DNA of 64,000 nt. Source: Candidatus Bathyarchaeota archaeon (GTDB taxonomy: Archaea > Thermoproteota > Bathyarchaeia > Bathyarchaeales > Bathycorpusculaceae). Where the stretch lies: the NCBI GenBank assembly GCA_963702095.1, contig OY969706.1:2144001-2208000 (forward strand). Reading direction: 5' to 3'. This document shows positions 31,059 through 40,890 of the stretch, one piece after another. The notes below the pieces were generated by a model that was not told the DNA's origin, did not search any database, and was given only the letters and a program-made list of their open reading frames with translations. Each line of letters opens with the position of its first letter. The first letter of the stretch is position 1. The position numbers were made by a program, and so were the translations under genes.

Positions 31059-31363
31059 TTTTTGTTTTGTGTGGTTGTGGGTGGTTTGTATACCACTACT
31101 TCTTGGGTTGCGGTTTGGTTTGCTTTTCTGTTTTAGCGCCTGTTTCTTTTAGTGTTGGGTTGTGGGTGGGGGTTGTTTTGCCACTTCTGTACATGGGTCT
31201 ATGTTGGTTTGGGTTGGTTGTGGAAGTGGATGCATGTTGAGTTAGTTTCTTGGAACCACTGCTAAGAAGGGTTCAGGCTCCATGGCTGCAGTCGCATAAA
31301 CCGCCAACGTCTCTTGTTTTAAAAATTTTATAATCGATTGGGCATTGATAGGCGCCGTCTTGC

Positions 31364-31540
31364 ACCCAAAATATCGCGTTATAGAGTGCTAACAAGAAAG
31401 CCACATTAATCGCAAGGTTTTCTGTTTTTGTTTTCCATGAAAAAAGAGTTAAGAGCTTGTTGCGGGCTTTTGAGGGGTTATTGAGGACGTTGTTGCGGCT
31501 TTTTCCATGCTTTTGTATGGTATGCAGCAGTTCCAGAGCC
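31364..31540. repeat. direct repeat R1, copy 1
   Basis: Aligns by eye with 43253-43416; shared core TGTTTTCCATGAAAAA(A)GAGTTAAGAGCTTGTTGCGGG and shared end CAGTTCCAGAGCC. Confidence 0.85.
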
Positions 31541-31815
31541 ACAGCAGGCTTTAATCTTGTTAGCTCAGGGCGTTTTTGAAGAGATAAAAGTATGCTGGCC
31601 GTAAAGAACTTGATGCTGCAAGGAAGATAGACCTAAAATAGGCTTAAGAGAAATTATCTCTCAAGAGCTGATTTGGGTACCTCAGGCCCAACATTAGTGA
31701 GGACCATTTTCTATTTGATCAAATTTTTTGTTCCTTTTCCACCATGCAATTTTAGAGTTATAGCGATAATATTTTTAGACATCTGCTCTATTTAGAACTA
31801 TAACAAGGGGTATAA

Positions 31816-33228
31816 TTGAGTAGTTTCGAGCATAATGCTGAAATCCTCTCCAGTTTCGGCATGACGGTGAAACAGGCCAAAGTTTACTTGGCACTGGTCT
31901 TTTTGGGAACGTCAGCTGTAGGTGAAATCGCCAAATTATCCAAGGTCCGTCGAGAAGAAGTTTATAGGATTCTCCCCAAGCTTGAAAAAATGGGGCTCAT
32001 TGAAAAAACCTTGAGTTCTCCTGTCAAGCTTAAAGCAACCTCGGTAGAGAACGCACTCTCAATTCTCATTCGCAATGAAGAAGAAAACGCAAAAAACCGA
32101 ATTATCCAGTTAACAGCCCAAAAAGAAGAGTTTTTAGAACATTTTAGAACAAGCACCAAAGAAACAAGACTGGGAAATGGCGACCAATTCTCTTTAACTT
32201 CAGAGAAGGCGGTTGCTCTCGGGAAAGCTGAATCTTTGATCGATGGAGCCCAAACTGAAATAAAATATATTTCCTCAAGAGAAAAACTCTTCCAATTTTT
32301 AAAATATTACTCTAAATCATTAACGGATGCGGTTGAACGGGGGGTAAAATTCCGTTTTATTTCAGACCCACCCAAAACCAGTGATGAAATGCCCAAGGCA
32401 ATCAATGATGTTTTCTCTTCTGGGAAATTGGTTTCGTTAAGATATGCCGAAAGCCTTCCAAACCATTTTCTAGTCGTCGATGATAATGAGGTTTTAATTG
32501 CAACTTCAAAAGTTGGCTACTTAGCGGATAATCCTCTGTTGTGGTCCAACAATTCACCCCATGTTATGGTGTACAAAAAGTTGTTTGAGGAACTGTGGAA
32601 TTCATCGGTTGAAAGCATTGCACTCAATATGGAGAATGAAACTGATAAACTCAACCGATTCATTAGTCAGATGAAACCCGGGCAACATGTTATTCTCCTC
32701 TATGAAGCGATAGATGGCAAATTTAAGGTATTGCTGAACTACTGCAAATATGCGTTGAAAAAAGGTGAAGCAGTGGTTTATGTGTGTTCAGAATCGAGTG
32801 TGGAAGAAGTTAAAGCTGCCATGCAAAAGTTCGGCATCAATGTAAAAGAAAATGAGGATAATGGCGCCCTTAAAGTATTAGATTACACCCAACACTACAT
32901 AATTGATGGACACTTTAACGCAGATAACACACTAAAGCTGTGGAAAAGCTACTATGATGACTCCGTATCCAAAGGATTTAAAGGGCTAAGAGTAACCGGT
33001 GAAACAGCATGCTTCTTTAAGCATAACCTAGTCAAAGAACTGGTTGATTATGAAAAATCACTGCACAAGACTATTGAAATACCTATAATAGCCATATACG
33101 CTTACCATGTAACCACGCTGATGCACCCCGGTAATCAACTAAATGTTTACGGGGAACTTGTAAAGGCACATGGCAAGGTGCTGTTCACGTGGGTGGATAG
33201 AGAATTTGGGCGGATAGCCATCAGTTAA
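31816..33228 (+). CDS. TrmB-family transcriptional regulator with C-terminal MEDS sensory domain
   Basis: N-terminal wHTH (AKVYLAL..SKVRREEVYRIL..LEKMGLI), TrmB PLD-like domain (FLVVDDNEVL), MEDS (H..LLY, GLRVTGE, YEKSL, HGKV). Confidence 0.85.
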   Translation: MSSFEHNAEILSSFGMTVKQAKVYLALVFLGTSAVGEIAKLSKVRREEVYRILPKLEKMGLIEKTLSSPVKLKATSVENALSILIRNEEENAKNRIIQLTAQKEEFLEHFRTSTKETRLGNGDQFSLTSEKAVALGKAESLIDGAQTEIKYISSREKLFQFLKYYSKSLTDAVERGVKFRFISDPPKTSDEMPKAINDVFSSGKLVSLRYAESLPNHFLVVDDNEVLIATSKVGYLADNPLLWSNNSPHVMVYKKLFEELWNSSVESIALNMENETDKLNRFISQMKPGQHVILLYEAIDGKFKVLLNYCKYALKKGEAVVYVCSESSVEEVKAAMQKFGINVKENEDNGALKVLDYTQHYIIDGHFNADNTLKLWKSYYDDSVSKGFKGLRVTGETACFFKHNLVKELVDYEKSLHKTIEIPIIAIYAYHVTTLMHPGNQLNVYGELVKAHGKVLFTWVDREFGRIAIS

Positions 33229-33427
33229 AGTTGGCGTTAAGCTTTAATACCGTTTTTGTCTTTTCCTCGCCCCTGAAATACTTCTGTGAAACCCGACTAG
33301 CGGCAAAGCAATTAAGAAGGCTAATGGGTTCGGGGCGTCACCGGTTTGAGCAGCCAATCGCCCTCTGTAAGATAGCGTTTGTAGCTTTGATTCAGTCTCA
33401 TGCCGTTTTTTTGACATTTCGTTGGCT

Positions 33428-33667
33428 CTATACGTGGTTTATATACGCTTTATCGGTTGTCAGCTTCTTGTCTTCGAAAATACCGTAATTTTTAGGTGCT
33501 ATAAAAACGGAGTGGCCTTCACCCAAATTATGGATAATCATGTTGAAATCTATGACTGCGCTCTCCACTACCTCTACCGATTCATCTTTATCGCGTACAA
33601 CCAAGATTTTGAATAGCTTTCTGTTTTTAAGGGGAAAACTTTGAATAATTGATGAGGGTTTTCTCAT
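33428..33667 (-). CDS. small hypothetical protein
   Basis: 79-aa ORF with globular-looking composition in an otherwise intergenic gap. Confidence 0.45.
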   Translation of the reverse strand: MRKPSSIIQSFPLKNRKLFKILVVRDKDESVEVVESAVIDFNMIIHNLGEGHSVFIAPKNYGIFEDKKLTTDKAYINHV

Positions 33668-33925
33668 TCTGCCTTTACTTTTTTGGCTAATTCCTATTGC
33701 TCTTTGCGTTTTTATACCTCCTTTCCTGACTTACTATTGGTAAGTTCTTGACTTAAACTCCTGTGACTGTAGACCTCACACAACAGCGCTGAATCGGTTC
33801 ACTAACAAAAGAATTTTGGGTGAAAAGGATATGTTCTCCCTTGCTCGCTTGAATAAGCTGGTGTTTTAGCTTTTTTTAGACAAGATTGATAAGGAAGTTA
33901 GATAAGCTCTTGAACAGGGCAGTTA

Positions 33926-36591
33926 ATGAGCAGTTTACCTTTCGATGCCACAACGTTTGAACACCTTAAGGACGTAGTCTTAGTCCTTGATGAATCTCTT
34001 AACATAGCATTTTTGAATGCATTTGCTGCTGACTTCTTTGAGACGAAACAAAAAGAGATCTTGGCGAAAAGGCGCATTTAATTTTCCAAGATGATTGGTT
34101 ATCGTCTGAACAAGAACAAACTGCGAAATCAGCCCTTATAGAGGATGGTTCATGGTCTGGCAACAGAGTATATGTTAAAAGAAATGGTAAACGAACTATA
34201 GCGTTTACAGCGATTACTATCATAAAAGATTCTTTAGGAAGACAGCGTGGTAGCATCCAAATAATTCACCCGCTCAAAGATGGTTCAGAGCAAGAATTGA
34301 TGGTAGGCAACGATGTGCTAAGCAAAAAAATGGATTTGCTTCTAGCCCCTAACATAGACATTGATAGGCAGCAATTGGCAAACCTGCTTGATGCTGAAGC
34401 GTTGCAGTCTATGATGGATGACCTTTACTCAGTAACAAAAACCGGTTTTGCAATAATAGACTTGAAAGGTAACGTTTTAGCTGCCGCAGGTTGGCAGGAT
34501 ATATGTACTAAATTCCATCGAGTTAACCCTATGACACTTTGGAACTGCTTGGAAAGCGACCTTGTGCTTACTGAAGGGGTTCGACCTGGAGAATTTAGGA
34601 CTTACAAGTGCAAGAATAACATGTGCGATATTGTTACACCTATTTTTATTGGAAAAAAACATGTCGGCAACCTTTTCTCCGGTCAATTCTTCTTTGACGA
34701 TGAAACGGTTGATAGGGAAGCATTCGCCAAGCAGGCAGAACTTTATGGCTTTGACAAGGCAGCTTATATGGAAGCGTTAGATAGGGTTCCACGTTGGAAC
34801 CGAGTCGTTGTACAAAATCTCATGCGGTTCTATTCTAAACTTTCAGGAATGATTTCGAAGCTAAGCTATACAAATCTAAAGTTATCTAAAACCTTAGTAG
34901 ACCAGCGACTAATTGAGCGAGAACTCAGAGACAGCCAGCATGATTTGAACCGAGCGCAGAGTGTTGCCAAAACTGGCAGTTGGCGTTTAAACATCCAGAG
35001 TAACCAGTTATTATGGTCTGATGAAACCTATCGCTTGTTCCAGGTTCCTAAGGGTACACCTCTCAACTATGAAAGCTTTCTAAAGTTCGTCCATCCGGAA
35101 GATAGGGAAATGGTGAACCGAGCATGGAAAGCTGCACTTCGTGGACAAGGCTATGACATAGAACATAGAATCCTCGTTGAAGACAAAATCTCTTGGGTAA
35201 GAGAGAAGGCTGAATTGGAGTTTGCGGAAGATGGATCGCTCGTATCTGGTTTCGGCACGGTCCAAGACATTTCAGAACGCAAGATAAATGAACATAAACT
35301 TCGGCGACTTAATCGCGCATTGAGGGCAATTAGTAATAGCAACCAAGTACTCATGCGGGCGACCGATGAAGCTGCATTTCTACAGCAGGGCTGCAGAATA
35401 ATTGTCGAAGATTGTGGCTACAAGCTTGTTTGGATCGGCTTTGCAGAAGAAAATGAGGAAAAAACTGTTAAGCCCATGGCATACGCTGGATTCGATCAAG
35501 GATATATTGACGCACTCAAAATATGCTGGGCAGATAACGAACGTGGAAGGGGACCAACGGGCAGAGCAATACGAACTGCAAAACCTCAAATATGCAATGA
35601 CTTGGAAAGTGACCCTACCTTTGCGCCTTGGCGAAAGGCGGCGCTTGAAAGAGGTTACGCTTCATCGATCGTGCTTCCGTTAATATCTGAGGGCAGAGCT
35701 TTTGGTGCACTAAACATATATTCACACCAGCAAAGCGCCTTTTCAGACGATGAAATTAAGCTACTTGTAGAATTAGCAAGCGATTTATCATATGGTATAA
35801 CGTTGCTTCGTACTCGTGCAGCCGCTAAGAAGACGCAGGCAGCTTTGCGTGACAGTGAAGAACGGTTCTCTAAAGCTTTTAGTGAAAACCCTGCTGCAGT
35901 AGCCATCACAAGGCTAATAGATGGGCGATACCTTGATGTCAATCAAAACTTTCTCGATCTTTTCGGTTATACGCGTGAGGAAGTGGTCGATCACACTTCG
36001 ACTGAATTAAATATTTTCGTTGATCCAGTCAGCCGTGAGGATTTCTTAGAAATTATAAACAAGAGTGGAAAGGTCCGCAACTTTGAGATGACATTTAGAA
36101 ATAAAAAAGGCATGAATATACCCACTTTGCTTTCGGTTGAAAAACTGGTGCTAAATGGTGAAGATCACATTATCAGTACATTAATCGATATTACCGAACG
36201 TAAAGGTGTAGAAAATGCGATAAGTAAAGCAAAAGAAGAGTGGGAACGCACCTTCGACGCTTTGCCGGACCTTATAGCTATAATCGACTACAATCACCGT
36301 GTTCTTAGAGTTAACAAAGCTATGGCAGAACACTTAGGGGTTAAACCTGAGTATTGCTTTGGACTGAAATGTTATCAATGCGTTCACGGTTGTAACTTGC
36401 CGCCAGAATTCTGTCCCCACACTAAAACCCTCCAAGATGGTGAACAGCACACAGCGGAAGTTCATGAGGAAAGACTTGGGGGTGACTTCCTTGTAACCAC
36501 AACACCCTTAAGAGACGGCGACGGCCGAATCTTCGCTTCCGTCCATGTCGCACGAGACATAAATAGACACAAGAACACGCCTAAAAAATAA
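33926..36591 (+). CDS. multi-sensor protein PAS-PocR-PAS-GAF-PAS-PAS with no recognisable output domain (1-nt deletion at ~34060)
   Basis: PocR (GWQDICTKFHR..C..SD..YKC..GQFF), PAS (WSDETYRLF..VHPEDR), GAF (GRGPTGRAIR), further PAS domains. An extra N-terminal PAS from ATG 33926 joins the 34297 ORF if one base is added. Confidence 0.85.
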
Positions 36592-36978
36592 TCAAGGATG
36601 GCTCATTCGTCTGAGATTACTTTATGCTGGAAGAGGATACAGACACCGAGAAAACGACGATGCTTGTGCAGTCGTGATTGGTTTAATTGCACCTTCCATT
36701 CTTCTCTTCCTTTTACTGGGTTTTAGACTCCAGCAAACTCTACAACCTCAACAGGTTGCAGGGATTAAACCCGCAAAACTTTGAACAAATAGATAAGTCC
36801 GCTAAAGGTTGTATAGGTGGACCGAGCCTGATTTGGACGCAAGTCCGATTGCAGATTTCACTCGCAAATTCCATTTTTATTTTAGAACTAACGCAAAAGC
36901 TGAATAGGTACAAATGGTTCACCTTAAAACAATATAAATATTTTTTTATAGGCAAGGTATGATTAACTAGCGCTAACT

Positions 36979-38922
36979 ATGGAATCTGAATTGATTCTGC
37001 TGATACTGGCTTCGGCATTAATCCTAATAGATATAACCTTATCATCAGCATCCAAGCCTCCTTTCAAGCGGTTGAGCAAATACACAGTTGTTCTTAGTTC
37101 ACTTGCATTTATCCTAATTTTATCGTCTTACATTCACCTTCTCTTCGCTTTCGTCAACAATGATTTTTCTTTTTCAAGTGTCTACTCTTTTAGCTCCTCA
37201 AGCCTGCCGCTGCTATCGAAAGTTTATGCCAGCTGGGCTGGTGCAGGAGGTTCGATGCTTCTGTTATCACTCATCTTAAGCCTGTTCTACTTTGGCACCA
37301 AATTAGCAGTATATAGAAAAACCGAAAAACTCCAAACCATTTCCAGTCAGATCTTAGGGTTTGTTGTTCTGATATTTCTAATTGTTACTCTGCTAAGAAA
37401 CCCATTTGAACGTTTATCTGTAGCCGCAGTTGAAGGATTAGGACTCAATCCCCAACTTCAAAGCCCTTGGATGGCAATTCACCCTCCGATAGTTTTTTCA
37501 GCTTATGCATTTGTTGTATTAGCCTTCGCCTTAACACTTGCCAGCTTACGCACTAACCAAGACTTAGAAAAAAATAGCCTTTTTAAAATTTCCACCTATG
37601 CCTCATGGATCCTTCTAACTATCGGAATAGCGTTAGGAGGTGTGTGGGCGTATGCTGTTTTAGGCTGGGGAGGATACTGGGCGTGGGACCCAGTGGAAAC
37701 CGCTTCGCTGCTACCGTGGCTTATTTTGACCGCTTACTTCATATCAAAAACGATTTCTAAAAACAAGAATAGTTTGACACAGCAGTCGATGATTATGTTA
37801 ACTTTTGCTAGCTTAGTTTTCTTAAGTGCTCTGGCACGAGGCGGTTTAACTCAATCTGTACATTCGTATGCGGTGTCGGCGATTGGTCCAGTAATGCTTT
37901 CTTTTGGAGCGGTAATGATGGGTCTATTCGGTTTCTTCGCGAAAAGCAAAGCCAAGCCGTTTCTGAAACTCGAATTCAACCGTGCCTCCCTGATTTCGCG
38001 GTCATCCTACGTCGGCTTTTGGGCGTTAATCCTTATCTCGATCGTTTGCCTAATGGGGTTGGCTTTCAGTGATTTCCCATATAGTCTTCTAACTTACCCT
38101 TTTGTGCTGTTGTTTGTTGTTGCGCTCGTCGGTTTCAGTTTAGACGATAAAACGCATTACGCCCGGCAGTTCCTCATTGTAGTTGCCTCCCTTATTGTAG
38201 GGGTTGTCCTCTCGGTAGTCGGATTTGCCTCAGTGAATGTTTTGCTAACCTTAACAGTGCCCATTTTTGTTGCCGTCCTATCATTGTTACTCTACAGGAT
38301 TGCCAAAGATACTCGACGTAAATCGATTGTTTGGCAACGTCTCTTCGGTTTAGCCGTGATAATCATGTTGCTGGGCGTATTTTTCAGCGCAGGCGCTAAA
38401 ACATCGGCCACCCTCACAGACTTAAAACCTAACGTACCTACTACCGTTTTAGACGGCACCATTGAGGTTTCTAACATAAAAATCGTAAACGCTACTTCGC
38501 AAGTTTACAATAGCCAAGCCCAAAAAGTGATTCCCCAGTACTCCATGGTCACCGCCAATGTAATCATACACCAATCAGGAACCACCTATAGCGGAGAGGT
38601 TTCAGCCAGCTTCTATCCCAACTACGGCTTAGTGCTAAATCCTCTTATCATCAACACTGTCTCAGGCGATGTCTATGTACACTTGGAGGCCACAAAAGAA
38701 CTTTACAACATATTAACTGCTCAGCTAACAGGAAACAGCACTATACCTGAAACCATGACATTGAATGTACAGAGAATCCCTCTGGTTTATTTTGTTTGGG
38801 TAGGTGTTGTCTTGATGGTTGTTTCAATGGTTATCGAATGCATACACGACTTTCATCAAACTAGAAAGCAACAAAAACTGTTAACCAAAACTGATATGCA
38901 ACATATAATACAAGACGCCTAA
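36979..38922 (+). CDS. ccmF: cytochrome c maturation haem lyase CcmF-like protein
   Basis: GLNPQLQ..MAIHPP, WWD motif WAY.VLGWGGYWAWDPVETASLLPW, SVHSY. Confidence 0.88.
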   Translation: MESELILLILASALILIDITLSSASKPPFKRLSKYTVVLSSLAFILILSSYIHLLFAFVNNDFSFSSVYSFSSSSLPLLSKVYASWAGAGGSMLLLSLILSLFYFGTKLAVYRKTEKLQTISSQILGFVVLIFLIVTLLRNPFERLSVAAVEGLGLNPQLQSPWMAIHPPIVFSAYAFVVLAFALTLASLRTNQDLEKNSLFKISTYASWILLTIGIALGGVWAYAVLGWGGYWAWDPVETASLLPWLILTAYFISKTISKNKNSLTQQSMIMLTFASLVFLSALARGGLTQSVHSYAVSAIGPVMLSFGAVMMGLFGFFAKSKAKPFLKLEFNRASLISRSSYVGFWALILISIVCLMGLAFSDFPYSLLTYPFVLLFVVALVGFSLDDKTHYARQFLIVVASLIVGVVLSVVGFASVNVLLTLTVPIFVAVLSLLLYRIAKDTRRKSIVWQRLFGLAVIIMLLGVFFSAGAKTSATLTDLKPNVPTTVLDGTIEVSNIKIVNATSQVYNSQAQKVIPQYSMVTANVIIHQSGTTYSGEVSASFYPNYGLVLNPLIINTVSGDVYVHLEATKELYNILTAQLTGNSTIPETMTLNVQRIPLVYFVWVGVVLMVVSMVIECIHDFHQTRKQQKLLTKTDMQHIIQDA

Positions 38923-39321
38923 AGCTAAAGCAAGAAGCCAAAACGCAAGAATTCGCCACATCAGCTTTTTTCTTGGAGCACAATATGTGGTGCTGCTTGA
39001 CTCGTTAATTGCCCAAATCCAAACTAACCCCACACCTAACAAAACCGAAACAACTCCAATCAAGCCATGTATAACGCCTGACAAAGCCACATAATTAAAA
39101 CTGAATAACGTTTCGGAAACGGCGGAAACAAAGGAGGGTCCCATATGGGCAATCACCAGCAATACGGTAATTATCATGACTACCATCATTGAGTTTCCAT
39201 GCCAAACCCACTTCTTTTTCCTCTCCAAATACAGGCTTAAACCCACTATGCATAGAGCCCCAACTAAAAGGGCTATGTTAACCTCTGCCATCCACTCGTG
39301 AACTATTTCGTAGGTAACCAT
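38881..39321 (-). CDS. His-rich 4-TM membrane protein (DUF420-like)
   Basis: Four hydrophobic helices with WHG, AHMG, IHGLIG and LHI; divergent from ccoN. Confidence 0.6.
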   Translation of the reverse strand: MVTYEIVHEWMAEVNIALLVGALCIVGLSLYLERKKKWVWHGNSMMVVMIITVLLVIAHMGPSFVSAVSETLFSFNYVALSGVIHGLIGVVSVLLGVGLVWIWAINESSSTTYCAPRKKLMWRILAFWLLALALGVLYYMLHISFG

Positions 39322-39441
39322 GTCTTTTTCGCTTGCCTAATAGGTATTTTTTGATTTAAAAGAATTTCATCTGTTTTTTAAAATAATTAAGCTTAAAAGG
39401 GATTGATCGGTTTAATAGTTTACTGGTTAGCAGTTTAGGGT

Positions 39442-40890
39442 TTGGCTATGGCGGCGGCAGAAAAGGAGAAGGGACCAGAAGGCGTTAGTAGCAAAGATTC
39501 TGTAGACTTAAAAACCGCTGATTCGGTGGCGAAATACTGGTGGTACTCGGCGCTTCTGTGGTTCCCAGTTTTCACAACCTTCGGCATGATTATGGCTATA
39601 AAATTCTTTTACCCAACTTTCATGGTTGACTCCGCTTGGGATACTTTTGGTCGCATAAGACCCGCGCATGTTAACGGTTTACTCTTTGGGTTCCTCTCTT
39701 CAGGTTTAATCGGCGCCATGTACTATGTAACGCCAAGACTAAGTCACGTATCTCTGTATAAGCCTATAATTGGGAAAATCTCAGCGGGTTTGTGGAACAT
39801 AGCGGTTTTATTGGGAGTACTTCTGATTTTAGGCGGTAATACCCAAGCAAGAGAATATGCTGAAATGCCCTGGGTGATCGACGTTTTAATTGTTGCGACC
39901 CTAATCTTGATAGGCATAACAATTGTCGGAACAATCATCAAACGTAAAGAACGCAGGCTCTACGTGAGCCTCTGGTTCTTTGCCGCTATTTTCCTCTGGT
40001 TCCCCATCGTTTACTTCATAGGGAATGTAATGTGGAACCCCCCATCAGGTGCTCTCTTTGGGCTAACTGACGCCATAGTTAACTGGTTCTATGGACACAA
40101 CGTTTTAGGCTTCTGGTTTACGCCATTTGGCTTAGCCCTGTGGTACTACTTTATTCCAAAATTATCAAAACGCGCCCTCTACAGCGTCACACTTTCGCTG
40201 ATCAGTTTCTTCGCTTTAGCTTTCTTCTACACAGGCGTCGGAGGACACCACTTGCTCCAATCCTCAATCCCTGAATGGCTAAAAACAATCGCAGTCGCCA
40301 CCAGCGGGTTAATGATGCTTTCAGTTTTGACCTTCGCTACAAACATCGGCATGACCCTTCGTGGCACATGGAAGGAAATCATGAGCAACGTGCCGCTTCG
40401 GTTCATAGTTTTTGGTTTCATATGTTATATTTTCGTCTCGATTCAGGGTACATTCCAAGCCCTCCGAGACATGAACATCTACCTACACTACTCACAGTGG
40501 ACAGTCATGCACTCACATTTGGCGCTGTACGCTTCGTTCGGGATCACCATAATGGGTATTATGTTTTGGGCAATCCCTAGAGTGACTCAAAAACCGCTTT
40601 ACAGCAAAAAACTCATGGATATAACTTGGTGGGTTTCACTGCTGGGCTTTGTAATCTTTATGTTAGGTATGATGCTTGCTGGTTTAGTAGCTAATGCCAA
40701 CTGGTTCACTCATCAAACAATCGCCCAAACGCTTCCAACGCTTGAACCCTATTTCATGGTTCGAGCCATCGGCGGAGGCATTGTAGTTGTTTCAGCGTTC
40801 TTATTCGCCATAAACATCATAATGACCATAATCTCCAAACAACACTCGCCGTCAGTGGTTGAGAACAAAACAGAGGTGAAGCAACCATGA
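39442..40890 (+). CDS. ccoN: cbb3-type (C-family) haem-copper oxidase subunit I
   Basis: FGRIRPAHVN, EYAEMPW, WFYGHN, YTGVGGHH (helix-VII Tyr), WTVMHSHL; all six ligand His present. Confidence 0.92.
   Translation: MAMAAAEKEKGPEGVSSKDSVDLKTADSVAKYWWYSALLWFPVFTTFGMIMAIKFFYPTFMVDSAWDTFGRIRPAHVNGLLFGFLSSGLIGAMYYVTPRLSHVSLYKPIIGKISAGLWNIAVLLGVLLILGGNTQAREYAEMPWVIDVLIVATLILIGITIVGTIIKRKERRLYVSLWFFAAIFLWFPIVYFIGNVMWNPPSGALFGLTDAIVNWFYGHNVLGFWFTPFGLALWYYFIPKLSKRALYSVTLSLISFFALAFFYTGVGGHHLLQSSIPEWLKTIAVATSGLMMLSVLTFATNIGMTLRGTWKEIMSNVPLRFIVFGFICYIFVSIQGTFQALRDMNIYLHYSQWTVMHSHLALYASFGITIMGIMFWAIPRVTQKPLYSKKLMDITWWVSLLGFVIFMLGMMLAGLVANANWFTHQTIAQTLPTLEPYFMVRAIGGGIVVVSAFLFAINIIMTIISKQHSPSVVENKTEVKQP

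Noticed and set aside
31060-31260. G/T-rich tract as a telomere-like repeat or G-quadruplex
   Set aside because: No fixed repeat unit; it fits the general A/C versus G/T block alternation
31273-31542. 89-aa minus-strand ORF over R1 copy 1
   Set aside because: Indels in copy 2 do not preserve the frame, so the repeat looks non-coding
39442-40890. Nitric oxide reductase NorB
   Set aside because: It has the helix-VII Tyr and CcoN-type motifs, lacks the NorB HLWVE glutamate motif, and is followed by CcoO
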